A stretch of 64,000 nucleotides of DNA from Macrostomum lignano (taxonomy: Eukaryota), in NCBI GenBank assembly GCA_002269645.1, contig NIVC01002838.1, positions 62,001 through 126,000 on the forward strand, written 5' to 3'. How positions within the stretch are numbered: position 1 is the first letter of the stretch; each line of letters begins with the position of its first letter. Under the pieces are notes generated by a model that saw only the letters and a program-made list of their open reading frames with translations, was not told the origin of the DNA and did no database searches. Made by a program: the position numbers and the translations under genes. Of this stretch, positions 10,490 through 21,334 are shown one piece after another.

Positions 10490-10797
10490 GCCACTAACTC
10501 GTCCCTTCGCCAGTCCGGGCAATTTAATCATCAGAAACCATTAGACAACTCTCTAATCATAGTCTCGGTCGAAGATGCTTCTGAAGCTGTTCAGTCCAAG
10601 GACTGGGGGGTCGCCACACACACCCTCAATTACCCCAGTTAAACGCTGGTACCCATTTTACAGCTGGGTAAACTGAAGCAATGCAGAGTTAAGTGTCTTG
10701 CTCAAGGACACAAATTGTTCCAGGGGGGATCCGGAATCGAACCCCCGATCTTCCAGTCGTGAGTCCAACGCTCTGACCGCTGCAGGGCTGCAATCCC
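10490..10797 (-). mobile_element. tRNA-derived SINE with CORE (MIR-like) domain
   Basis: The minus strand has a tRNA-like head with A box (GCAGCGGTCAGAGCG) and B box (GGTTCGATTCC). It is followed by GTGTCCTTGAGCAAGACACTTAAC...TGCTTCAGTTTACCCAGCTGTAAAATGGG, resembling the CORE consensus. The 3' limit is approximate. Confidence 0.8.
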
Positions 10798-11497
10798 ACT
10801 GTGGCCTTAAGAATTATCAAATAATTCGATTATTTGATTTCCGTTGTTCTTTCCATCCAGGATGATAAAACGCCGTCGAATGACACATGTACCATTTTAA
10901 CAAATGCCAGTTGGACAAACGTCAGCCATTTTTTAAACAACCTTTCTAAACTATCCTTATATTCTCGCTGGATATATGGGTTTAAAAAACTCACAATGTC
11001 TCTGTCTCTATCTATGGCATAAGCTGATGCTACAATGATCATTTTCTTTTAAGCTCGCACTACCATAGCTATAGCTGATGTTCTTAATCGCACACACAAA
11101 TTATCTAGATTTACACAGATTTGATTGCCAAATGTCCAACGAGTGGACTAGTTATACAGGACAGTTTATTGATGAAAAATAATATAATCAAACTTTTGCA
11201 TTAAGTTTAATTTATTCCGCAAAATACTACTTAAAGTAAAAAGTCATTGCGTCTCTATTTATTCAAAAAAATCAATAAAATATTAATCGTTTTTTTCTAC
11301 ATGATTGTCGGCTTGAAAGCGACAAAAAAAATGAAAGTTGCATGTTCAGAATGATTTTTCAAATAGTAGCAGTAGAATAACTGGACTTTTGAATACGACC
11401 AGGTAATCATTGAATAATATTGAGGTAAAGGTTTCTAGAAAGTGCTTTTTCGATACATATCGGCAATTGTTTTCATTATATTCTGGTTTAGTTATAA

Positions 11498-11689
11498 CTA
11501 AGCAGAGACGGTGCTGCGGCTGCTGAGCACGGTGACAATCTGCTCAAGTGGAATGTTGCCGTCCTCATCAGGTTCGAGCAGCTGGACCAGCTCCTCCACT
11601 TCGCTGGGGTCCATTCTGTCGCCCAGACTCACCATGATGTAGCGGAGCTTGTCAACGTGTAGCTTGCCAGTGTCCTGCTCATCGAATAC
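11498..11689 (-). CDS. Calmodulin-like protein exon 3 (degenerate EF-hands 3-4)
   Basis: Acceptor cccgcag|GTA, phase 0. Reads VFDEQDTGKLHVDKLRYIMVSLGDRMDPSEVEELVQLLEPDEDGNIPLEQIVTVLSSRSTVSA*. Confidence 0.9.
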   Translation of the reverse strand, partial: VFDEQDTGKLHVDKLRYIMVSLGDRMDPSEVEELVQLLEPDEDGNIPLEQIVTVLSSRSTVSA

Positions 11690-11699
11690 CTGCGGGTGA

Positions 11700-12230
11700 C
11701 GGTTATGGGTGTTAGTTATAGACGTTAGATATGGGTGTTAGATATGTGTGTTAGATATGGATGTTAGATATGTGTTTTTATAATGGGTGTTAGATATGTG
11801 TGTTAGATATGGCTTTTACATAACAATGTTAGATATGGGTGCTAAATATGTGTGTTAGATGTAGGTTATGGATATATTCATGTATGTGTTAGATATGGAT
11901 GTTAAGTATGGGTGTTACATATGAGTGTTAGAATGGGTGCTAGATATGTATGTTAGATATGAATTTTAGATATATGGGTGTTAGATTCAAGTGTTAGATA
12001 TGGGTATTTTATATGAGTGTTATATGTAGGTGTTACATATGGGTGTTATATATAAACGTTAGATTTGTTTTTTAGATACATGTGTGTATGAGTGTTAGAT
12101 ATGGGTTTTGGATATGGGTGTTAGATATGGGTGTTAGATACAGGTGTTAGATATGCATGCTAGATATGTGTTGTTAGAAATGCACATATTTGTGTTGATA
12201 ATATTCTCATAATTTGACTGTTAGACATGG
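11700..12230 (+). repeat. Degenerate ~13-bp repeat (GGGTGTTAGATAT) in calmodulin-like intron
   Basis: Many imperfect GTGTTAGATAT units. Confidence 0.85.
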
Positions 12231-12769
12231 AATGTTAAATTTGTTAATTTATTTATCTGTACCTAGGGTTGTACCTAGTTATACTTTCTAATAATCCATA
12301 AATCAATAAGCCATCAAGCATTAGTCCCTCTCAGCCTTGTCAATATCTCAATTCCCCGCTGTCACAGCAGTGCAAGAGTCCCAATGCAATTAAAAACAGT
12401 TGACGGACCAATAATTCCTGGAGTAATAATGGACTTTCCGCACTCACTTCTTTAACTACATGTATAGTTGATATTGTTATTGGTCCTTCTCTAGCAACCA
12501 TTAGTTTTATAACTCCGTTCGAGTACCTCAATCAAAACTTACTGAGCAATTAGGAGTTAATTGAAGCTTAAAAGATAAGCCGGTTTCATTATTCTGATGG
12601 CCTCTTGCACGAAATTCGAAATTCAAGTCTTTCCTGCCTCTCAAAGTGAGTCTTAGAAATTCCAGAGTTACTTGAAGTAGTCCACTGCGGCAAATGATAC
12701 GAATTATCTAACAGGGAAATCTCCGTGTCTAAGACTCTAAGAGGTCTGCTTCGGTGTCTAACTCATTTT

Positions 12770-13675
12770 GAATTTCTAACAGGTGAATTGTAACTGCCTA
12801 ACAGGTGAACTCTGTGAGCGTTTAACAGGTGAAGTCATCCTGAGTGTCTAACAGGTGACTCATCCTGAGTGTCTGACAAGTGACGCAACCTGAGTGTCTA
12901 ACAGGTGACTCATTCTGAGTGTCTAACAGGTGACTCATCCTGAGTGTCTAACAGGTGACTCATCCTGAGTGTCTAACAGGTGACTCATTCTGAGTGTCTA
13001 ACAGGTGACGCAACCTGAGTGTCTAACAGGTGACTCATTCTGAGTGTCTAACAAGTGACTCATTCTGAGTGTCTAACAGGTGACTCATCCTGAGTGTCTA
13101 ACAGGTGACTCATTCTGAGTGTCTAACAAGTGACTCATTCTGAGTGTCTAACAAGTGACGCAACCAGGGTGTCTAACAGGTGACTCATCCTGAGTGTCTA
13201 ACAGGTGACTCATTCTGAGTGTCTAACAGGTGACTCATCCTGAGTGTCTAACAGGTGACTCATCCTGAGTGTCTAACAGGTGACTCATTCTGAGTGTCTA
13301 ACAGGTGACGCAACCTGAGTGTCTAACAGGTGACTCATCCTGAGTGTCTAACAGGTGACTCATCCTGAGTGTCTAACAGGTGACTCATCCTGAGTGTCTA
13401 ACAGGTGACTCATTCTGAGTGTCTAACAGGTGACTTATCCTGAGTGTCTGACAGGTGACTCATTCTGAGTGTCTGACAGGTGACTCATCCTGAGTGTCTA
13501 ACAAGTGACTCATCCTGAGTGTCTAACAGGTGACTCATCCTGAGTGTCTAACAGGTGACTCATTCTGAGTGTCTAACAGGTGACTTATCCTGAGTGTCTG
13601 ACAGGTGACTCATTCTGAGTGTCTGACAGGTGACTCATCCTGAGTGTCTAACAAGTGACTCATTCTGAGTGTCTA
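12770..13675 (+). repeat. Intronic minisatellite, 25-bp unit TGAGTGTCTAACAGGTGACTCATCC
   Basis: About 35 copies with 25-nt periodicity, ending about 20 nt from the exon 2 donor. Confidence 0.97.
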
Positions 13676-13698
13676 GCGCGTCACTACCAGCCGCTCAC

Positions 13699-14006
13699 CT
13701 TTAGAGCCTCCCGAATCTGTGTCCCAGACTCTCCTTCGTTCATCTTCTTCATCATGAGGATGGTGAACTCGGCAAAGTCCAACTCTCCGTTGCCGTCAAC
13801 GTCCACCTGCCTGATGAGGCGCTGCACCTCGTCCTCCGAAGGATTCTGGCCCAGCGACCGCATCACGTCGCCGAGCTCGTTCGCCGAGATGGTGCCGCCC
13901 CCGTCGCGGTCGAACAGCAGGAAGGCCTCGCGCAGTTCTGCAATTTCATCTTCAGACAGATCGAATTCGGCCTCCGATTTCATGCCTGACTGGGGAAGGT
14001 CAATCT
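13699..14006 (-). CDS. Calmodulin-like protein exon 2 (EF-hands 1-2)
   Basis: Acceptor cctgtag|AG, donor AAG|gtgagc. Reads [102 protein letters not shown], clearly calmodulin-family. Confidence 0.93.
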
Positions 14007-14184
14007 CTACAGGTGGATTATAGTCGGAGTCGCTAATCCCCCAGCAACCGGAGGTTATATAACTGACTTACAGAGCCAATCAGCTTCTGGGCGAGAGAAA
14101 TAAGGGAAGACAGCGAACAAAGAGGATATGGGTATGGAGTAGGAGGGGGGTGTTGATACAGATGTACTGCCAACTCAGACTCAC

Positions 14185-14272
14185 GGATCCCAGTTTGCAA
14201 ACAGACACCACCCACAGGCTTCAGGCCTTCTGCCAGTTCTTTCTCGATCGTGTGGAATTTCTCATGCTCCAT
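14185..14272 (-). CDS. Calmodulin-like protein exon 1 (N-terminal extension), predicted
   Basis: ATG is preceded by an in-frame TGA. Reads MEHEKFHTIEKELAEGLKPVGGVCLQTGI. The strong donor ATCC|gtgagt is phase 1 and matches the exon 2 acceptor in frame. Confidence 0.65.
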
Positions 14273-14389
14273 TCAGCTACTGGTTTCGTGTGTCTCTCAT
14301 TTCTGTGATGCACTCTGGCAGTCGTCGCCTGAGTTCACCTCTCCCAGATCCTTATTTATCTACTCTCACTCTGCTCGTGAGGCACGACA

Positions 14390-15640
14390 GACAGTCTCTC
14401 TGTCGACTACTATGTCTACCTCTCTATCTACCTGTCTTTCTACCTCTTTATCTACCTGTCTGTCTACCTCTCTATCTACCTGTCTTTCGACCTCTCTATC
14501 AACCTGTCTGTCTACCTATCTATCTACCTGTCTGTCTACCTCTCTATCTACCTGTCTGTCTACCTCTCTATCTACCTGTCTGTCTACCTCTCTATCTACC
14601 TGTCTGTCTACCTCTCTATCTACCTGTCTGTCTACCTCTCTATCTACCTGTCTGTCTACCTATCTATCTACCTGTCTGTCTACCTATCTATCTACCTGTC
14701 TGTCTACCTCTCTATCTACCTGTCCGTCTACCTCTCTATCTACCTGTCTGTCTACCTATCTATCTACCTGTCTGTCTACCTCTCTATCTACCTGTCTGTC
14801 TACCTCTCTATCTACCTGTCTGTCAACCTCTCTATCTACCTGTCTGTCTACCTCTCTATCTACCTGTCTGTCTACCTCTCTATCTACCTGTCTGTCTACC
14901 TCTCTATCTACCTGTCTGTCTACCTCTCTATCTACCTGTCTGTCTACCTCTCTATCTACCTGTCTGTCTACCTCTCTATCTACCTGTCTGTCTACCTCTT
15001 TATCTACCTGTCTGTCTACCTCTCTATCTACCTGTCTGTCTACCTATCTATCTACCTGTCTGTTTAATTTTCTATCCACCTGTCTGTCTACCTCTCTATC
15101 TACCTGTCTGTCTACCTCTCTATCTACCTGTCTGTCTACCTCTCTATCTACCTGTCTGTCTACCTCTCTATCTACCTGTCTGTCTACCTATCTATCTACC
15201 TGTCTGTCTACCTCTTTATCTACCTGTCTGTCTACCTCTTTATCTACCTGTCTGTCTACCTCTCTATCTACCTGTCTGTTTAATTTTCTATCCACCTGTC
15301 TGTCTACCTCTCTATCAACCTGCCTGTCTACCTATCTATCTACCTGTCTGTCTACCTCTCTATCTACCTGTCTGTCTACCTCTCTATCTACCTGTCTGTC
15401 TACCTCTCTATCTACCTGCCTTCTACCTCTCTATCTACCTGTCTGTCTACCTCTCTATCTACCTGTCTGTCTACCTCTCTATCTACCTGTCTGTCTACTT
15501 CTCTATCTACCTGTCTTTCGACCTCTCTATCTACCTGTCTTTCGACCTCTCCATCTATCCATCTCTATCTATCTATCTACCCGTCTGTCTATCTCTCTAT
15601 CTACCAATTTTTGACTGCTCTATCTACCTAACTGCCTGAC
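14390..15640 (+). repeat. Minisatellite, 24-bp unit TCTACCTCTCTATCTACCTGTCTG
   Basis: About 50 copies. Source of the (STSLSTCL)n and (LPLYLPVC)n ORFs. Confidence 0.97.
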
Positions 15641-16269
15641 TGTCTACCCTAAAAATTAAGGTGGAAGTCTGGCCGTGCACAGTGCGTGCAGTATCGAAGC
15701 AGCATGACAAGTATCAAAAAGTTGCAAAACGGAAGCACAGGAAACGAGAGTACACACGGGTAGATGAGGTGTCGAAAAGTCGAAGCTTTTAGCAGAATGA
15801 CTGTTTTATTGTGTCGTTTTTATGATTCTTGGTCCTTCCCCCTCTTCTCCCAGAATTTGCATCGCAAGCATCCCCACCACTGCGCCAGTGGCTTCATCTG
15901 CAGTTTAATATCCCGATTTCATATACTTCAGCTCTCTCCCCAGCTTTCTTGTTCCTTCCTTCCTCCCATCCCAACCGGGAGATTTGGTTGGGAAAATTTC
16001 TGCTAAATGCAGATCCAGCGCGAGGGAACAATGAGAGAATTGAGGAGGCTTGCAGTTTCGTTGGGTCTGGGGGGGGGGAGAATTCAGAGTTCGCCTCATC
16101 AGTCCGATAGGACGCAGGTTGTGACAAATGCTAAGCCTAGAGCAGACCGCACATAGTTCTCCCGCCTTTAATCTGGCTCGATCGATTGAGTAGACTGACG
16201 CGTGACTTTGGAGCATGAATCTTTTATTTAAAGTAAAAAAATTGCTTAAATATAAAGACTGAGTAGGGT

Positions 16270-17585
16270 GAGTATCAGGTGAGGATTAGGGTGAGGATTA
16301 AGTGAAGATTAGGTGAGGATTAAGGTGATGATTAGGTGAGGATTAGAGTGAGGATTAAGTGAAGATTAGGTGAGGATTAAAGTGAGAATTAGGTGAGGAT
16401 TAGAGTGAGGATTAGGTAAAGATTAGTTGAGGATTAAAGTGAGAATTAGGTGAGGATTAAGTGAGGATTAGGTGAGGATTAAGGTGAGGATTAGGGTGAG
16501 GATTAAGTGAGGATTAGGTGAGGATTAAGGTGAGGATTAGGGTGAGGATTAAGTGAAGATTAGGTGAGGATTAAGGTGATGATTAGGTGAGGATTAGAGT
16601 GAGGATTAGGTAAAGATTAGGTGAGGATTAAAGTGAGGATTAGGTGAGGATTAAGTGAGGATTAGGTGAGGATTAAGGTGAGGATTAGGGTAAGGATTAA
16701 TTGAGGATTAGGTGAGGATTAGGTGAGGATTAAGGTGAGGATTAGGTGAGGATTAGGTGAGGATTAGGTGAGGATTAAGATGAGGATTAGGTGAGGATTA
16801 GAGTGAGGATTATGTAAAGATTAGGTGAGGATTAGGTGAGGATTAGGTAAGGATTAAGTGAGGATTAGGTAAAGATTAGGTGAGGATTAGGTGAGGATTA
16901 GGTGAGGATTAGAGTGAGGATTAGGTAAAGATTAGGTGAGGATTAAGGTGAGGATTAGGTGAGGATTAGGTGAGGATTAGGTGAGGATTAAGGTGAGGAT
17001 TAGGTGAGGATTAGGTGAGGATTAGAGTGAGGATTATGTAAAGATTAGGTGAGGATTAGGTGAGGATTAGGTAAGGATTAAGTGAGGATTAGGTAAAGAT
17101 TAGGTGAGGATTAGGTGAGGATTAGGTGAGGATTAGAGTGAGGATTAGGTAAAGATTAGGTGAGGATTAAGGTGAGGATTAGGTGAGGATTAGGTGAGGA
17201 TTAGGTGAGGATTAAGGTGAGGATTAGGTGAGGATTAGGTGAGGATTAATGTGAGGATTAGGGTAAGGATTAGGTGAGGATTAAGATGAGGATTAGGTGA
17301 GGATTAGAGTGAGGATTAGGTAAAGATTAGGTGAGGATTAGGTGAGGATTAGGTGAGGATTAGAGTGAGGATTAGGTAAAGATTAGGTGAGGATTAGGTG
17401 AGGATTAGGTGAGGATTAAGATGAGGATTAGGTGAGGATTAGAGTGAGGATTAGGTAAAGATTAGGTGAGGATTAGGGTGAGGATTAGGGTGTGGATTAG
17501 GGTGAGGATTAGGGTGAGGATTAGAGAGGGGATTAGGTGAGGATTAGGGTGAAGATTAGAGAGGGGATTAGGTGAAAACTAGGTG
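16270..17585 (+). repeat. Minisatellite, ~11-bp unit TTAGGTGAGGA
   Basis: About 115-120 G-rich copies with 11-12 bp variants, upstream of the tubulin. Confidence 0.97.
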
Positions 17586-17845
17586 AGCTTTAAATTGCTG
17601 ATTGATTTTTAATGCTGCCACTCGCACAATCAGCTCAGGACTTGAGTAAAGCTAAAAGCTTAGAGATAGTTCTCCCTCTTTATTAACAGTTTCAAAAGTT
17701 TTGTCTGTGGCACTAATTGAACCCTAATGCGGTTAAAAAGCTGCTGCATAATTTGAGAGGAATGTTAGTTGCTCTGTCAGTCAACAGTTGCTAACCGCTG
17801 TCTCAATTGCTTGTAGGAATCTCAGGTCATCTCGAAGCGACACTA

Positions 17846-17860
17846 ATGGCGTCCTCTCAT
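17846..17860 (+). CDS. Divergent alpha-type tubulin exon 1 (MASSH), predicted
   Basis: ATGGCGTCCTCTCAT|gtaagc, phase 0, followed by an 87-nt intron to tctgcag|CCG. Translation could instead start at Met 17960. Confidence 0.6.
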
Positions 17861-17947
17861 GTAAGCCGGTAGTTCTTTAGTATTAAAACTGTTATAGTTT
17901 CATTCTCATGCTATGACGATTCCCTCATAACCCCGTATCCTCTGCAG

Positions 17948-18164
17948 CCGAAATCCCTAATGACGGTGCAAGTTGGTCAAGCTGGGATACAAATTGGACA
18001 TGCGGTGTGGGAGCTGTTCTGTCTGGAGCACAACATATCGGCAGATGGCACCCCGAAACTGCACTGTGGCGATCTCGGCAATGTGGAATCAGTGTTTGTG
18101 CCCACACCGAAGGGGCGCTACTTTCCCAGGAGCCTGTTTGTGGACACAGACCCCGCTTGCGTTG
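17948..18164 (+). CDS. Divergent alpha-type tubulin exon 2
   Basis: PKSLMTVQVGQAGIQIGHAVWELFCLEHNI...GRYFPRSLFVDTDPACV matches the alpha-tubulin N-terminus ([32 protein letters not shown]). Donor G|gtgaga, phase 1. Confidence 0.93.
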
Positions 18165-18169
18165 GTGAG

Positions 18170-18785
18170 AGGAGATGGGGTCTCAGGGTGAGAGTAGATA
18201 GGGTCTGAGGGTGATGATAGTAGATAGGGTCTGAGGGTGAGAGTAGATAGGGTCTGAGGGTGAGAGTAGATAGGGTCTGAGGGTGAGAGTAGATAGGGTC
18301 TGAGGGTGAGAGTAGATAGGGTCTGAGGGTGAGAGTAGATAGGGTCTGAGCGTGAGAGTAGATAGGGTCTGAGGGTGAGAGTAGATAAGGTCTGAGGGTG
18401 AGAGTAGATAGGGTCTGAGGGTGAGAGTAGATAGGGTCTGAGGGTGAGAGTAGATAAGGTCTGAGCGTGAGAGTAGATAGGTCTGAGGGTGAGAGTAGAT
18501 ACTAGATAGGGTCTGAGGGTGAGAGTAGATAGGGTCTGAGCGTGAGAGTAGATAGGGTCTGAGGGTGAGAGTAGATAAGGTCTGAGGGTGAGAGTAGATA
18601 GGGTCTGAGGGTGAGAGTAGATAGGGTCTGAGGGTGAGAGTAGATAAGGTCTGAGCGTGAGAGTAGATAGGTCTGAGGGTGAGAGTAGATACTAGATAGG
18701 GTCTGAGGGTGAGTAGATAGGGTCTGAGGGTGAGAGTAGATAGGGTCTGAGGATGAGAGTAGATAGGGTCTGAGGGTGAGAGTAC
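18170..18785 (+). repeat. Intronic minisatellite, 23-bp unit GGGTCTGAGGGTGAGAGTAGATA
   Basis: About 26 copies starting right after the tubulin exon 2 donor, with an ~180-bp higher-order duplication. Confidence 0.97.
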
Positions 18786-18917
18786 AATGGTTGAGTCCCT
18801 GGTAAGAGAAATAGGCTAAACGGTTCTCCGTAAATCATGAAGCAGGTAAATCCCAGCCAGGAAGTTCATAGCAAACTTTAATCGCAAAAAGTTCACCCGC
18901 CCTGAAACCGCCACCAG

Positions 18918-20583
18918 ACGAGATGCGCTCAGGACCCTACAAGCAGCTGTTCAGCTCCCGGCAGCTGCTCTCAGACCAGGTGGACGCGGCCAGCAACTAC
19001 ACAACTGGTCGCTATGGTTACGCCAAGCGGCTGGTGCCGGACACGCTCGAACGACTGCGCTGGATGACTGAGAAGGCGGACTCGAAGCCGACGCTCTGTC
19101 TGGTGCACAGCGCCTGCGGCGGCACCGGCAGCGGCTTCGCCGTGGCCTGCCTCGCCAGGATGGCCGACGAACTGGGCATCGAGCCGCAGAACATCATCGA
19201 TCTGTGCGTTGTGCCCGGCGTCTCCGCTGGCCAGAGCTCCTGCGAGCTGCTCAACACCGCCCTGTACCTGGACGAGTCGCAGGATCTGACCAGGCAGACC
19301 GTCTGCGTCTCCAACTCGGCGATGTTCCGCCTGTGCAACTCGCAGCTGCAGTCGCAGGGGGCGGCCACCTTCGCACACGCCAACCGCGCCCTGGCAGCCG
19401 CCTTCAGCAACCTCACCGCCACGGAGCGCCTGCCCGGCTCCAGCGTCGGCCTGTCCGGCATCCTGGACAGCCTGCTGCCGTTCCGTCACCTGCGCTACAC
19501 CCTGCTAGCCTGCGCTCCTTTCCTCACCGCCGAGAGCGCTAGGACGGAGCGTCCAACCGCCAAGTCCGCCACCGCGGCCGTGTTGGAGCTGTCCAGCCAG
19601 TTCCTCGACGTTGACCTCCGTCAGGGTCGCCACGCTGCCGGCTTCCTGTTGTACCGCGGCGACGCCAGTCTGGGCGAGGCGCAGAAGCTGGCGGCGGAGC
19701 TGACTTCCCGAGGCCGAGTGCAGTTCCAGGACTGGGCGCCTACCGGCTTCCGCACCGGCGTTGTGACGCCTCCGCCAGTTGCTCCGCCTGGCAGCGGCTT
19801 CGCAGACGTCCCGATTTCCGCGACGCTGCTTGCCAGCCACTCTGGCATCTCCGACATCTTCGCCAAGCTGGCCGCGAGTTCTAGGAAGCTGCAAGACCGC
19901 GACATGTTCGTGCACAACTACGAGGGCGCGATTGTGTCTCTGCTGAACAAAACGGTGGAGGGGAGCAACGCGGGGATGAATTTAGGGGCAGGCGGACCGG
20001 GGACCAACACGGACTCGGACTCGCAGAAACCGACCAGCCTGGACTCGGCTTCGGCCGATAACAACAGCGTGCGAATGTGGATGAACCCGCCGGCGGCTCA
20101 GGCTGCGCTGGCTTCGGGCGGTGGTCGTGGTGAGCTGCAGAACTACCGGCGCAGGCGACTGACGTCCAGAGAGCCCGGAAGCCACGCCACCCAGAAGCCG
20201 CAGCAGCAGCAGCAAGAACAGCAGCAAGACGAGGAGGAGCCTCAGGTGTCGCGTACCTGCGCACTAAGCGACGTCTTCGGCGTTCGAGTCCGCCTATCAT
20301 CGGCCATCGACTACCTGCAGCGTGTGTCGATCAGCTACGCCGCCGACAGTCAAACCGACGCAGGTGACGCCGCCGATGTCGATGCTGCCGCAGTTGGCGA
20401 CGACAATGACGTCATCGAGGCGACTAACGGCGAGGAGGACGGCAAGGAGGACGAGGAGGAGACGGAGGGCGCCGACGAGAAGGATGGAGAGGAGGGCGAG
20501 CAGCGAGTGGATAACAAGCTGCACGTGACCATCAATGATGTCGGCGGGATCGGCAGAGATCTGGAAAATGTCGACTCCAATCG
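18918..20583 (+). CDS. Divergent alpha-type tubulin exon 3 (GTPase and C-terminal domains, insertion, acidic tail)
   Basis: Acceptor ccaccag|AC gives DEMRSGPYKQLF. Also DAASNYTTG, HSACGGTGSG, LLYRGD, QFQDWAPTGF, FVHNY. Ends at donor AATCG|gtaaga, so the TAA used by the ORF track is intronic. Confidence 0.92.
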
Positions 20584-20698
20584 GTAAGAGGTCGTGGGCA
20601 CCCCATGGCGCAATGCCTTTCGGCGAAATCGGTCCCGCAACCACCTCTGAGGCCAGATGCATTTACATGTAGCTTCTTACTCTGATACAAAAACACAG

Positions 20699-21029
20699 GT
20701 CCGTTAGCGGCCAGTCTGCCCAGTCTGACTCAAAGCAACAACAGCAACAAGCGGACGGGAACTCAGTCAGCGCAGAAGAGGAGCCGCAGGTTGAACCATC
20801 TCAGCAAAGCGAGCAGGCGGATCTCTCAGCCAGCAAAGACCCCAACGATCCTCCGGCGAACAACGCCAACCAGCAGGGCGAGTTGCCTGTCCCAAGCAGT
20901 CGTTGGTGTCTCCGACGTCGCAGCAAGTCTCGCCGACCAGGCGAAGCCGCCGCCACCGCCGCCGCTGCCGCCGCCGCTGCAGCAGCCGCAGGAAAACACC
21001 CGCAATCGCTGAAGCCGAGAAAATTCTGA
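20699..21029 (+). CDS. Divergent tubulin exon 4 (Q/A-rich tail with basic tip), predicted
   Basis: Acceptor aaacacag|G, phase 2, matches the donor. It has 109 open codons (SVSGQSAQSDSKQQQQQ...RWCLRRRSKSRRPGEAAATAAAAAAAAAAAGKHPQSLKPRKF*) with exon-like GC content. Confidence 0.75.
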
Positions 21030-21334
21030 TGAAGTACCAACGAAGTCTGGGCGGCCAATGACGCGATCACGTCGTGTTGGCGTTTTAAACTAACGAATTG
21101 TTAATTTCTGGTCAAAAAAATTAATGCAAAAACTAATATGACTTTTGTCTAATGGTTTTTAGTTTCGCCCAGACTGACCGAACGCAGCTATATTGCGCTG
21201 CCAACAAAGAAAATATATGAACAGCTGATACATTTCTTTGAAAGCGTTTGAGAATTTGAAATAGTTCAATTTTGTTGCTTTAGAAATTTGCCACATTCTT
21301 CGCCGTTCAAGTTATCATCTCCACTGATCCCACT

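Noticed and set aside
10725-10797. tRNA-like sequence on the minus strand
   Set aside because: The anticodon and acceptor stems pair poorly and it runs directly into a CORE domain, so it is a SINE head, not a tRNA gene.
20584-20587. Stop codon ending the tubulin ORF in the track
   Set aside because: It overlaps a consensus GTAAG donor with an in-phase downstream exon, so it is probably intronic.
18971-20662. Antisense and alternate-frame ORFs over the tubulin, channel and calmodulin exons
   Set aside because: These are expected shadows of GC-rich coding sequence, with no recognisable motifs.
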